Positions 37,571-47,475 of a stretch of 64,000 nt of DNA are shown one piece after another. The stretch is from Candidatus Anstonellales archaeon (GTDB taxonomy: Archaea; Micrarchaeota; Micrarchaeia; Anstonellales; J096): NCBI GenBank assembly GCA_038890615.1, contig JAWAFI010000002.1, forward strand, positions 17,488 to 81,487, written 5' to 3'. A program made the translations under genes and the position numbers. The notes under the pieces are model-generated. The model saw only the letters and a list, made by a program, of their open reading frames with translations. It made no database searches and was not told the origin of the DNA. Every line of letters starts with the position of its first letter. Position 1 is the first letter of the stretch.

Positions 37571-39125
37571 CTGCTTCAACAAACTTGACGAAGATAGGAG
37601 CTGGCCTCTCTAGCCTGCTGTTCAATTCTATATGGGCCTGCGTGGCAATCCCAAATGAGTGGGGCCATTCGATTATCTCAACAATGTCATCCTTGTACCT
37701 TCCGCTTATTATAAGCCCGGTGCTTTCAAGCTCTTTAACAAGCTCAGGGTTTACTTCGTACCTGTGCCTGTGCCTTTCAAAAACCTTTGTAGCCCCATAT
37801 GCCTTATGTGCCAATGTTCCTTCTTTTATCCTGCATTCATAGTCGCCCAATCTCATTGTCCCCCCAAGCTTCTCAATGTATTTCTGCTCTTCAAGCAGCT
37901 TTACCACTGGGTACTTTGTCTCTGGGTCAAATTCAGTGCTGTTCGCCTTTTCCATTCCATTCACATTCCTGGCCCATTCGATAGCCATAAGTTGAAGCCC
38001 AAGGCAAAGCCCGAGGTAAGGCACCTTCCTTTCCCTTGCGTACCTTATTGCGCTTATTTTTCCCTCAATCCCCCTTGTGCCAAACCCTCCTGGGACGATT
38101 ATCCCATCAACATCATTGAGCTGGCTAAGGTCCTGCTCCAGCTCTTCTGCTTCTACCCATTTTACCTCAACTTCTGCGTTGTTTTCTGCTCCTGCGTGTA
38201 TTAGCGCCTCCTTTACGCTTACATAAGCGTCCTTGACAGCAGTGTACTTACCTACGATTGCAACCTTAACTTGCTTCTTTGGCTTCTTTATCCTTTCAAC
38301 CCTTGCATTCCAATCTTTCAGCTTCACTTCCTTTATTTCGCAGCCCAGCTCTTCGCAAATAGCTGAGTAGAGATTTTGCTTTTGGAGCAAGGGAAGGAGC
38401 TCGTATACTGTTCCCACATCAGTATCGTCAAAAACATTGGTTTCTTTCACATTGCAAAACATCGCTATCTTTGCCCTTTCTGCCTTGCCAAGGGGCACTT
38501 TGGAGCGCACTATTATTATGCTCGGCCTTATGCCCATGCTTAAAAGCATCCTATTTGCATGCTGGGTTGGCTTTGTCTTGAGCTCCCCTGTGACATTCTG
38601 AGGCGCATAGGTAAGCTGCACGAAAATAACTTTCTCTTCATTTGCAAGCTGCCTCATTGCCTCTATGAAATACCCGTTTTCCAAGTCCCCTGCAGTGCCC
38701 CCAACTTCAATTACCACAATATCAGCACCTTTCTTTTTCCCTACTTCTTTTACCTTGCTTTTTATATGGTTTATCAAGTGGGGCACAAACTGTACATCTT
38801 CTCCTAAGAATTTGCCCTTTCTTTCCTTTTCTATTATTTCACTGAAAAGAAGGCCTCCTGTTATGCTGCTGTCTTTTGTCATATCCTCATTAAGGAACCT
38901 CTCGTAAGTGCCAAAATCCATATCAACCTCCCTTCCATCCCTGAGCACAAAAACCTCACCATGCCTGTAAGGATTCATAGTGCCACAATCTACATTCAAA
39001 TATCCATCAAACTTAACCATGGCAACCTTAGCCCCACCTTCCTTGAGAAACCGACCTATGGAAGCAGCAACTGCCCCTTTTCCAAGACCAGACATTATAG
39101 TTCCTATTACAACTACAAACTTCAT
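37548..39125 (-). CDS. pyrG: CTP synthase
   Basis: SGLGKG, GTMNPYRHGEVFV, EVGGT, KTKPTQH, PGGFG, GLCLGLQ, ERHRHRYEVN. Confidence 0.97.
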   Translation of the reverse strand: MKFVVVIGTIMSGLGKGAVAASIGRFLKEGGAKVAMVKFDGYLNVDCGTMNPYRHGEVFVLRDGREVDMDFGTYERFLNEDMTKDSSITGGLLFSEIIEKERKGKFLGEDVQFVPHLINHIKSKVKEVGKKKGADIVVIEVGGTAGDLENGYFIEAMRQLANEEKVIFVQLTYAPQNVTGELKTKPTQHANRMLLSMGIRPSIIIVRSKVPLGKAERAKIAMFCNVKETNVFDDTDVGTVYELLPLLQKQNLYSAICEELGCEIKEVKLKDWNARVERIKKPKKQVKVAIVGKYTAVKDAYVSVKEALIHAGAENNAEVEVKWVEAEELEQDLSQLNDVDGIIVPGGFGTRGIEGKISAIRYARERKVPYLGLCLGLQLMAIEWARNVNGMEKANSTEFDPETKYPVVKLLEEQKYIEKLGGTMRLGDYECRIKEGTLAHKAYGATKVFERHRHRYEVNPELVKELESTGLIISGRYKDDIVEIIEWPHSFGIATQAHIELNSRLERPAPIFVKFVEAAISRKEA

Positions 39126-39174
39126 AATACTCTAAAAAAGGAAGATTTTAAATACCAAATTGCTTTCCCTTTTG

Positions 39175-39999
39175 ATGATGAGCACGCTGAAGGCATGGGT
39201 TGCGCTTTTCAGAGCTGAGCATGCGCTTCTCATATGCATTGCAATAGCGTTTTCGCAGTATATCACCGGTGCTGCCCCAAACATTATTCACTACATAGCC
39301 CCCATACTTGCGCAATTCTCTGCGTTTGCCCTAAACGATTACCTTGATGCAGAGGCGGATAAGCTAAACAAGAGGAAAGACAGGCCAATAGTTTCAGGCC
39401 TAGTAACAAAGGAGCAGGCCCTTTATGCAGGGGTAGGCGCATTAGCCCTTTCTCTAGTGGCTGCGCTTTTCCTGCCTCTCATAGCCCTCTCAATAGTGCT
39501 TTTATTCAACGCGCTTTCGCTGTTATACAACTTGCGCCTTAAGGATTACCCTCTCGTGGGTGAATTTTACATTGCCTCTTCCATGGCAATACCATTCATA
39601 TATGGGGCTTCTTTTGCGCAGGTAACAGTGCCTATAATAGTAATAACGATAACTGTTTTCTTCTTCGGCATTGGCAGGGAGATTATAAAGAAGGTAGAAG
39701 ATATGGCTGGTGACAAAAAGGCAAGAGGGGCTAGCACTCTCCCTATCTTAATAGGCGCAAAGGGGGCAGTAAAGGTTGCAATTGCCTTCCTTTCTGTGTC
39801 TTTTGCTCTTTTTGCCGTTGCTTTTTTCCTGTTCTTCATTCCTAACCCAGTTTCCCTGCTTTTCTTTGCTTTCATGGCCATCCTTCTCTTTTACTCAGTA
39901 TACTCCGCAATTGCTAATGATTACAAAAAGGCACGCATGGTGAGCCTTGCTTCCATGTTCTTTGCGCTCATTGCGCTCTTTTTTGGAGCATTCCCCTGA
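39175..39999 (+). CDS. UbiA-family prenyltransferase (DGGGP synthase-like)
   Basis: NDYLDAEADKLN..RPIVSG, YN..LK, REIIK..ED..GD. Confidence 0.88.
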   Translation: MMSTLKAWVALFRAEHALLICIAIAFSQYITGAAPNIIHYIAPILAQFSAFALNDYLDAEADKLNKRKDRPIVSGLVTKEQALYAGVGALALSLVAALFLPLIALSIVLLFNALSLLYNLRLKDYPLVGEFYIASSMAIPFIYGASFAQVTVPIIVITITVFFFGIGREIIKKVEDMAGDKKARGASTLPILIGAKGAVKVAIAFLSVSFALFAVAFFLFFIPNPVSLLFFAFMAILLFYSVYSAIANDYKKARMVSLASMFFALIALFFGAFP

Positions 40000-41563
40000 T
40001 CTTTTCTATTTCTCCCCTATCTATCTTTCTGAACAGGTTGCCTATTCTTCCAATCTTGATTGCCTTTTGCCCTATTTCCTCCCATTCGCACTTGCCCCCA
40101 ACCATCTCTGAGATTTTCCTGCTGCTCTCAGGCAGGTAAGGGCTCAGCAGTGGGCCAAGCGCCTTCAGCCAGTTTGCGCAAGCTGTCAGTGTCCTATTCT
40201 TAACTTCGGCATTCTTCCATGGCTCCCTTTCATTAAGAAGGGCGTTGTACCTGCTGTTTTCGTTCACAATCCTGTCAAGCGCCTCCTTTATCCTAAACCT
40301 TTCCACCTCTGCAACCACCTCCTCCTTGAGCTTGGCTACATCCTCCCTCATCCTCCTTTCCTCCTCACTCTCTTCATATTTAAACCCAAGTTTTTCTGCA
40401 AGCACTGAGACCCTTTTGGCGAAGTTGCCTATGTTGCCAACCAAGTCGTTGTTTATCCTATTGGCAAAATCATCCAAGTTAAAATCCGAGTCAGCAAGGC
40501 TGAAAGGGGTTATTTGCGTCTCATAATACCTTAGATACTCTGCAGGGAAAACCTGCAGGAACTCATCTACTGTTATGTAGTGCTTCCTGCTCTTTGAGAA
40601 TTTCCTGCCCTCAAGAGTAAGATGGCCCCTTACAGGTATTGCGCTCGGCAACTTTATGCCAATGTCCGCTGCCATTATCATTGCAGGCCAGAATAGGTAG
40701 TGGTGGTAAACTATGTCCTTGCCTATAAAATGCACTATCCTGCCATTCCAGTACTCCTTCCATTTAGGGGTAAGAGCAACAGTGCTGCTTATATAACCGA
40801 TTGGGGCGTCAAACCAAACATAAAACACCTTTCCTTTCTCAGCAGGCACGCCCCAGTCCAAATCCCTGACTATGTCCCAGTCAACGAGCCCCTCCTTTAT
40901 CCAATTGAGAACATAGTTTTTAACCTCGTCCTGCATCTCTTTGTTTCCCTTTATCCATTCCTCCAGCTTAGGCCCAAACGCCTTCAGGTTGAAGAATGAG
41001 TGCTCTGACCTCTTTTTTGATGGCTTTTTCCTGCAGACAGAGCACTTTGGCTCCTTTATTTCACCTGGCCCTATTGTCCGTCCACAAGCTTCACAGCCAT
41101 CGCTGTATTGGTCCTCTGCCCCGCAGTGGGGGCAAATGCCAATGACAAACCTGTCAGGAAGGAATCTATTGCAGGTTTCGCAGTAGTAAAGCTCTACCTC
41201 CTTGGTGTAAATATAACCGCGCTCCTTTGCCCTTTGGAAAAAAAGCAAGGTCATCTCCTTGTTTTCCTTGCTTGAGGTCCTGTGGAATACGTCAAAATCT
41301 ATAAGCAGCTTCCTGAATGTCTCCTTGTCCTTCTCGTGGTATTTCTTTACAAACTCCTCTGCGCTCACTCCTTCCTTTTCAGCCCCAGCCACTATAGGGG
41401 TGCCATGCTCGTCTGTTGCGCATACATATATTGCATCCTTTCCAAGTGCCTTCATGAACCTGGTATATATATCTGCTGGCAGGTAGGTGCTCCTTATGTG
41501 GCCTAAATGAAGCTCCCCGTTTGCATAAGGCAATGCAGCAGTAACTACTATCCTTTCTTCCAT
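39968..41563 (-). CDS. metG: Methionine--tRNA ligase
   Basis: ALPYANG.LHLGH, TDEHG, Zn knuckles, YVWFDAPIGY, FIGKDI, KFSKS. Confidence 0.97.
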   Translation of the reverse strand: MEERIVVTAALPYANGELHLGHIRSTYLPADIYTRFMKALGKDAIYVCATDEHGTPIVAGAEKEGVSAEEFVKKYHEKDKETFRKLLIDFDVFHRTSSKENKEMTLLFFQRAKERGYIYTKEVELYYCETCNRFLPDRFVIGICPHCGAEDQYSDGCEACGRTIGPGEIKEPKCSVCRKKPSKKRSEHSFFNLKAFGPKLEEWIKGNKEMQDEVKNYVLNWIKEGLVDWDIVRDLDWGVPAEKGKVFYVWFDAPIGYISSTVALTPKWKEYWNGRIVHFIGKDIVYHHYLFWPAMIMAADIGIKLPSAIPVRGHLTLEGRKFSKSRKHYITVDEFLQVFPAEYLRYYETQITPFSLADSDFNLDDFANRINNDLVGNIGNFAKRVSVLAEKLGFKYEESEEERRMREDVAKLKEEVVAEVERFRIKEALDRIVNENSRYNALLNEREPWKNAEVKNRTLTACANWLKALGPLLSPYLPESSRKISEMVGGKCEWEEIGQKAIKIGRIGNLFRKIDRGEIEKIRGMLQKRAQ

Positions 41564-41600
41564 AGCCTTTCTTCAATGATAAACTTATTAAAAGATAAGG

Positions 41601-42362
41601 TTAAAGCTCCCTTTTTAAAAGCGAAGCAAGCTTTTTGTTGCAGTTGATTAGCCCTGTATAAATCTGAATCCCTACTGTAAGGTTTCTGAAGCGATTGCAC
41701 TCCTTGCTTAGTTTTCTTCCGTATTCCCTTATCATTGCCCAGCTAAGCCCATAGTTGACCCTGTCAAGCAGGTCGAGCGCTGTTTTCCCATCCATGTTCC
41801 TAAGGAAGGGGTTTACTCCTGCTCTGAAAAGAAGGGTTTTTATTACATAATGGTTCTTTTCCCCAAGCACTGCATAGTGCAATGCTGTGTTTCCCTCCTT
41901 GCTTTTTATTCCAGCATCTGCCCCATAGTCCAACAGCAGGTTTAGAATATCATAGTCTCCAGAATAAGAAGCCTTCATGAGTGCTGTTTCCCCTTTTTGG
42001 TTCCTTGCATTTACCTTTGCACCTAATTTCAGCAATAATTCCACTGCATAAAAGGCCCCTGTTTCAGAAGCCCTTATGAGTGCAGTGTTCCTTTCCTTGT
42101 CCCTCCAGTTCGGGTCTATTTCTGCCTCTAACATAATTTTCATAACTTCTACATCGTTTTTGCGTGCTGAATCTATGAAAATTTCAGCCAGCCTTTCCCT
42201 CCCTTCCTTCGTCTCTTTCATCTTCTTCATCTGCTCCACCAATTCCCTGTGCTTTGCCTCCTCATCCCTTTTCCCTTCAACAAGCCCATCCTTTTTTTCA
42301 AAACCCTTCTTAGCTGCCTTTTCCTCTTTTCCATTCTCCTTATTTTCAACCTTTTCAACCAT
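41601..42362 (-). CDS. Ankyrin-repeat protein with K/E-rich leader
   Basis: NTALIRAS, GETALMKAS, GNTALHYA, NPFLRNMDGKTALD. Confidence 0.92.
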   Translation of the reverse strand: MVEKVENKENGKEEKAAKKGFEKKDGLVEGKRDEEAKHRELVEQMKKMKETKEGRERLAEIFIDSARKNDVEVMKIMLEAEIDPNWRDKERNTALIRASETGAFYAVELLLKLGAKVNARNQKGETALMKASYSGDYDILNLLLDYGADAGIKSKEGNTALHYAVLGEKNHYVIKTLLFRAGVNPFLRNMDGKTALDLLDRVNYGLSWAMIREYGRKLSKECNRFRNLTVGIQIYTGLINCNKKLASLLKREL

Positions 42363-42364
42363 CC

Positions 42365-42862
42365 CTATTCCTCCCCTTCAAGCACCCTTTTGGCTTTGTG
42401 GATGGCTTCTCCAGCTCTTCTGCTTTTCAACAGAGCCATAGCAGCCCAATACCTAACCTCTGGCTCAGGGTCATCGATGGCTTGCTTAAGCGCCTCCAAT
42501 TCTTTGCTGCTTAGTATTTTCTCTCCCACTAAAGAAAGCGCCCATGCTGCCTTCTTCCTTACCTCTGTGCTCTTGTCGCCAAGCGCATCAGCAAGCAACC
42601 CGATGCATGATTCTATGCCAAGCCCCTTTGCTGCTGTTTTCCCAAGGCATTCTGCAGCTGCTTCCCTTACTCTCTCATCCTTGTCTTTCAGCCCTTCAGC
42701 AAAAACTTCTGCTGCCCCTTCCTTTCCTAGAAGGCCTTCCATAAGCTTTATTTTTTCTGATGTTCCTATTGTGCTGAGCATCCCTATCCTCTCATCTGCT
42801 ATGGGCTCAATCCTTTCTTTCCTGCATTCTCTGCCTCCTTCTTTTTTGCACACCTTTTCCAT
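42365..42862 (-). CDS. HEAT-repeat protein
   Basis: LKDKDERVREAAAECLG, LGDKSTEVRKKAAWAL, DDPEPEVRYWAAMAL; start refined to ATG 42862. Confidence 0.88.
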   Translation of the reverse strand: MEKVCKKEGGRECRKERIEPIADERIGMLSTIGTSEKIKLMEGLLGKEGAAEVFAEGLKDKDERVREAAAECLGKTAAKGLGIESCIGLLADALGDKSTEVRKKAAWALSLVGEKILSSKELEALKQAIDDPEPEVRYWAAMALLKSRRAGEAIHKAKRVLEGEE

Positions 42863-42950
42863 GAAAAATGTACATTCTGCACCTTTATAATGATTGCCCT
42901 GCAAATAGAAAGCTTTTTAAATAGACCCACCACAATTACCATGTGAAAAG

Positions 42951-42984
42951 AATAGAGGGGATGCTTAGGCATTCTTTTTCTATT
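42951..42984 (+). promoter_or_regulatory. 5'-UTR hairpin upstream of the RRM gene
   Basis: AATAGAGGGGATGC-TTAG-GCATTCTTTTTCTATT, between TTTTAAATA promoter and GAGGT SD. Confidence 0.5.
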
Positions 42985-43001
42985 GGCAAGAGGTTGAAAA
43001 A

Positions 43002-43307
43002 ATGAGCAAGAAACTGTATGTAGGAAACCTGCCCTTTAGCGTGACGCAGGACCAGCTTAAGGAGATGTTCTCTTCTTACGGCTCTGTGTCAGAGGCTATT
43101 GTTATATCAGACAGAATGTCTGGCAGGTCTAAAGGATTTGGTTTTGTAACCTTTGATGAAGATGCCGCAGCTGACAAAGCTATGGCAGAAATGAACGGGA
43201 AAGATGTAGAAGGCAGACAGATTAAGGTTACAGAAGCCAGGCCGCCTTCTCCAGGTGGAAGAGGCGGCTTTGGAAGGGGCCCAGGAAGAGGAAGAGACGA
43301 GTTCTAA
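43002..43307 (+). CDS. RRM (RNP-1) RNA-binding protein with RGG tail
   Basis: RNP2 LYVGNL, RNP1 KGFGFVTF, tail GGRGGFGRGPGRGR. Confidence 0.96.
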   Translation: MSKKLYVGNLPFSVTQDQLKEMFSSYGSVSEAIVISDRMSGRSKGFGFVTFDEDAAADKAMAEMNGKDVEGRQIKVTEARPPSPGGRGGFGRGPGRGRDEF

Positions 43308-43380
43308 GCCCTTTATAACCTGTCCTAACCTTTCCCATTTTTCCCAAAACATATTTAATGATTGCCTAATTTAGTGCTTT

Positions 43381-44292
43381 ATGGATGAAGAGGAGAAAGC
43401 TGATTATAGCAAGATCAGCCGCAAGTTCAAAGAGGTGGCTGACTCAAACGCGCGCCTTGACTTAATAAAGGCAATAAAGCTTTATTCCCAAGGGAGCAAG
43501 GATGAGTCACTAAAACTCCTTAGCTCTATAATTGAGGAAGCGCCATCTATCGCAGCTTCAATGCTGTACTCCCCAAAAAGCGAGCTTGCTGATGAGTTTT
43601 CAAAGCTCCGCTTCTTTTCAATTTTCTTTGCAATGCTTAAATCAGTGAAGCGGTATGATGCAATTGTTGCCACAATCCTTTTTTCATTCAGGGACAAGAA
43701 GCACTATCCCATTGAGCTAGTAACTACCATCCTCCCTTTCATGCAGGACAAAGAATTCATAAGCGAATTCAGCTCCTCTTTAGAGGAGCATCCAAGGGAG
43801 CTTCTTCAGTTCTTGGTTGATTCTGAAGAGCAGGAGTTTGTCAAGCCGTTCAGGAAGTTCATAAAGGATTACATAGAGGAAAACTTTGGGGATGACCAGT
43901 ACACGGCAATAAAGGCCATTTCTTTAATAAAGGATTCTGCCACTGAAAGGTTCCTTCTTGGCTATATAGATGATTGGGATGAAGAGGTACGCCGTCTTGT
44001 CCTGCTGTACTTTATGAATTCGCAAAGCCATGAGATAGGCAGTGAATTTGTGAATGCCCTTATCTCTGAAAAGGACAGGCGCCTAAGGGCATTGCTAAAG
44101 CACATAATAATGAACAACTTCTCTAGGCTAAAGGATCACATCATAAAGGAAATCAAGAAGAATAAGTTAGAAGCATCAAAGGACCTTCTTCATGTAGCCT
44201 TCATGATGATGGATAAAAAGGAATTAAGTGAACTTGCAGATGAGCTAAGCGATGAAAAGCGAAACTATTTATTAAACAAGATGTACATTTGA
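43381..44292 (+). CDS. Alpha-helical/HEAT-like hypothetical protein
   Basis: IDDWDEEVRRLVL, SEKDRRLR; leads the KH-top6 operon. Confidence 0.6.
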   Translation: MDEEEKADYSKISRKFKEVADSNARLDLIKAIKLYSQGSKDESLKLLSSIIEEAPSIAASMLYSPKSELADEFSKLRFFSIFFAMLKSVKRYDAIVATILFSFRDKKHYPIELVTTILPFMQDKEFISEFSSSLEEHPRELLQFLVDSEEQEFVKPFRKFIKDYIEENFGDDQYTAIKAISLIKDSATERFLLGYIDDWDEEVRRLVLLYFMNSQSHEIGSEFVNALISEKDRRLRALLKHIIMNNFSRLKDHIIKEIKKNKLEASKDLLHVAFMMMDKKELSELADELSDEKRNYLLNKMYI

Positions 44293-44297
44293 TTGCC

Positions 44298-44822
44298 ATG
44301 ACCAGCATAATAAGGATCCCACAAACCATGGTGGAACAGGCAAAGGAGGCATGTTCAGCCATAAAAGGGCTAGTTAAGGCAAAGCTTAGCGTGAGCGAGG
44401 ACGGAACTGTTGAGATTGAAGGGGATGCTCTTGAGGAGCAGAGGGTCTGCCTTGTAATGAAAGCGATCGGAAGGGGGTTTGATAAGGAGGATGCACTTCT
44501 GCTCCTTGATGATGAGTATGAATTAAGGGCAATAAACCTTAAGGATTATTTCAGCTCCCCTGGCCACTTCAAGCGCATAAAAGGAAGAGTCATAGGAAGG
44601 GGCGGGAGCATAAAGAAGAGCATAGAAAGCTCCACCTTCTCAAGGATAAGCGTATGGGGGAACCATATCTCAATAATAGCCCCTTACTACTCCCTTCCAT
44701 ATGCAGAAGAGGCAGTAGGAATGATTATAAGAGGGTCAAAGCATTCAACCCTTGGGAATTACCTTTCCAAGGCAAGGAAGGACCTCATTTACACCCAGCT
44801 AAAAGGTGAAAAGAATGTTTGA
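44298..44822 (+). CDS. KH-domain rRNA-processing protein (Dim2/Pno1)
   Basis: KAIGRGF, RIKGRVIGRGG, GSKH; adjacent to top6B. Confidence 0.9.
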   Translation: MTSIIRIPQTMVEQAKEACSAIKGLVKAKLSVSEDGTVEIEGDALEEQRVCLVMKAIGRGFDKEDALLLLDDEYELRAINLKDYFSSPGHFKRIKGRVIGRGGSIKKSIESSTFSRISVWGNHISIIAPYYSLPYAEEAVGMIIRGSKHSTLGNYLSKARKDLIYTQLKGEKNV

Positions 44823-46410
44823 GGATTTCAAGGAATACTCAGTGGCTGAGTTTTTCAAGAAGAACAGGCAGATGATTGGCTTCAGCGGAAAGGTAAAAAG
44901 CCTCACAGTGATAGTGCATGAGTACTTTACAAACAGCATGGATGCTTGCGAGGAGGCAGGAATACTGCCTGACATAAAGGTGGCAATAACGCAGGAAGAT
45001 GAGGAGCGCTACACGGTTGAGGTATGGGACAATGGGCCTGGCATCCCAAAATCCATCCTTGGAAAGGCCCTTGGGAAGATGCTCACAGGCACAAAGTTCC
45101 ACCGCTATGTGCAGCAGAGGGGGCAGCAAGGAATAGGCGCAGCAGGGTGCACCATGTTTTCTTACCTTACTACCGGCAAGCCAATAGAGGTGGTCTCACG
45201 CTACAAAGGAAATGAAGTAAGGGCCACAATAGGGCTTGACATCCAAAGGAATGAGCCGGTAATGAATGTTATGGAAGAGAAAAAGCTCGAATCCCAAGAG
45301 CATGGCCTTTATGTTAAAGCTTACTTCTCAGATGTCAAGTATGATAAGAGCAGCTACAGCCCTTCTGAATACATAAAGCTTTCTGCCCTTTCCAACCCTC
45401 ATGCCCAAATAGAGTTCATAGAGCCATCAGGCCAGCGTTTCCTCTATCCAAGAGTGGTAAACGAGCTCCCTCCACGCCCAGTTGAGATAAAGCCCCATCC
45501 CCTTGGAGTTGACAGGCATATGCTTTTTGAGATGATGAAAGCATCCAAGCCGATGCGCATTTCCGCATTTCTCACATCAGAATTCTCGCGCTTCTCTTCA
45601 GCGAAGCTGGATGAGCTTCGCACTGCATGCCCAAGCGTTGACCTTTCCAAAAAGACAAGCGAAATCACTTGGGAAGAGGCAGAGAAGATTGTAAAGGCAA
45701 TTCAAAGCATTAAATGGATGGCGCCTCCTACTGATTGCCTTAGCGGCATAGGGGCTCAGCAAATGGAGAAGGCGCTCTCTAGCATCCTAAATCCCCAGTT
45801 CTTGAAGGTTGTCGAAAGGCCTCCAAAGGTTTACCGGGGTGGTGTGCCGTTCAAGGTTGAAGCAGCTATTGCCTATGCCCCTAACTTTGGCAAAACCCAA
45901 GTTCTGCGATATGCCAACAGGGTGCCCCTTATGTTTGATGCAGGGGCTTGTGCAATAACCGAAACAGTAAAGTCGATTGATTGGAAGCGCTACAACATTG
46001 ACATAGAGAACAACGCAGTGATAATGGTAAACCTTTCAAGCGTTTTCGTGCCTTATCTAACTGCAGGTAAGCAGGCAATATCTCCTGAAGAAGAGATAGT
46101 TGCAGAGATCAGGAATGCGTTGATGGAAGCAGCAAGGGGAGTTTCTGGGTTCATAAGCAGCGAGGTGCGTGAAAGGGAAAAAGGCAAAAGGAAGAAGATA
46201 TTCCTTAAGTATGTCCCCCAGATTGCAGCAGACCTTGCATACCTCTCAGATGTAAGGCAAGAGGTGCTCATGAAGGCAATGGAAAAAGTCATTGAAAAGA
46301 GGATGGGTGAAATAGAGGAGATGGAGAATGAAGATGAAGCCGAACCATTGCCTAGCAAGGAAAAGGAAAAAGGTGATGAAAATGGTGAAGCCGCTGGAGA
46401 AGCTGAATGA
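44806..46410 (+). CDS. top6B: DNA topoisomerase VI subunit B
   Basis: SVAEFFKKN, HE..NSMDACEE, DNGPGI, QRGQQGIG, RYANRVPL. Confidence 0.96.
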   Translation: MKRMFEDFKEYSVAEFFKKNRQMIGFSGKVKSLTVIVHEYFTNSMDACEEAGILPDIKVAITQEDEERYTVEVWDNGPGIPKSILGKALGKMLTGTKFHRYVQQRGQQGIGAAGCTMFSYLTTGKPIEVVSRYKGNEVRATIGLDIQRNEPVMNVMEEKKLESQEHGLYVKAYFSDVKYDKSSYSPSEYIKLSALSNPHAQIEFIEPSGQRFLYPRVVNELPPRPVEIKPHPLGVDRHMLFEMMKASKPMRISAFLTSEFSRFSSAKLDELRTACPSVDLSKKTSEITWEEAEKIVKAIQSIKWMAPPTDCLSGIGAQQMEKALSSILNPQFLKVVERPPKVYRGGVPFKVEAAIAYAPNFGKTQVLRYANRVPLMFDAGACAITETVKSIDWKRYNIDIENNAVIMVNLSSVFVPYLTAGKQAISPEEEIVAEIRNALMEAARGVSGFISSEVREREKGKRKKIFLKYVPQIAADLAYLSDVRQEVLMKAMEKVIEKRMGEIEEMENEDEAEPLPSKEKEKGDENGEAAGEAE

Positions 46411-47473
46411 TTTTGGTAAGAATCTTGCAGAGCGCATAATACGTGGCGAAGAGCCCTCTTTTGAGCTTCCTGTTCGCTCGCGCAGCAATGTTGTTTTTGA
46501 CCCATCTGTGGGCTACCTGCGCCTTGGGCAAAACAAAGAGGTTCGCAAGTACCTGAGCCTTTCGCAGGCAAAAAAATTCATGCAAACCCTGTCTGTTGCA
46601 GCCAAGGTCAAGAAATTTGTAAAAGAAGGGCTGCATACAAGCATAAGGGGCCTTTACTACCAGCTCAAGTTTACGCTTGGGGAAGATATAGACGAAGACC
46701 TTTTCACTGAGCAGGAGGAATCCAATGTGCTAATAGAGGACCTTGAGTCAGCCCTAACCTTAAAAAGAGAGGATTTCAACCTGACCACAGACAGGAAAGG
46801 GGTTATGGCAGGCCCTATAATGCTCATTGACAAGTTTGCGGGCGAGACGATAGAGATTGACGGCACAAGGCAGGGAAGGAGCGGCTGGGCTGTCCCAAGC
46901 GATGTGGACAATGGAATTGAAATAAAAAAGATAGAGGCTGATTATGTGCTGGTTGTCGAAAAGGATGCCTTATGGCAAAGGCTCAATGAAGACAAGTTTT
47001 GGGACAAGAACAACTGCATACTGATAACCCCTAAAGGACAGGCCTCAAGGGGCGTTAGGAGGCTCATAAGGAAGCTTGCCGATGCAGGGCTCCCAATATA
47101 CTTTTTCACTGACTGCGATGCATGGGGCTGGTATATTTACTGGACTGCAAAAACAGGAAGCATGAACCTCGCCTACCTAGGAAGGGACTTTGCAGTGCCT
47201 GAAGCAAAGTTCTTGGGAGTAACTATGAGCGACATAAAAGAGTTTGATTTCCTCCAAAAGCTCACAATAAAGGCAAAGGATATAGATCTGAGGAGGGCGC
47301 AGGAGCTCCTTAGTTATGAGTGGATAGGGCGCTACAAGGACTGGCAGAAGGAGCTCAACCTTGTGCTTAAGGAGAAGAAGAAGCTTGAGCAGGACGCACT
47401 TCAGGGACCTCGGCTGACATTTGTTGGTGACTATGTTGAGCAAAAGATAAAAAAGAAGGAGTTTTTATCCTAA
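46382..47473 (+). CDS. top6A: DNA topoisomerase VI subunit A
   Basis: SIRGLYY (catalytic Tyr), VVEKD, KGQASR, TDCD.WG, KLEQ. Confidence 0.96.
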   Translation: MVKPLEKLNDFGKNLAERIIRGEEPSFELPVRSRSNVVFDPSVGYLRLGQNKEVRKYLSLSQAKKFMQTLSVAAKVKKFVKEGLHTSIRGLYYQLKFTLGEDIDEDLFTEQEESNVLIEDLESALTLKREDFNLTTDRKGVMAGPIMLIDKFAGETIEIDGTRQGRSGWAVPSDVDNGIEIKKIEADYVLVVEKDALWQRLNEDKFWDKNNCILITPKGQASRGVRRLIRKLADAGLPIYFFTDCDAWGWYIYWTAKTGSMNLAYLGRDFAVPEAKFLGVTMSDIKEFDFLQKLTIKAKDIDLRRAQELLSYEWIGRYKDWQKELNLVLKEKKKLEQDALQGPRLTFVGDYVEQKIKKKEFLS

Positions 47474-47475
47474 AC

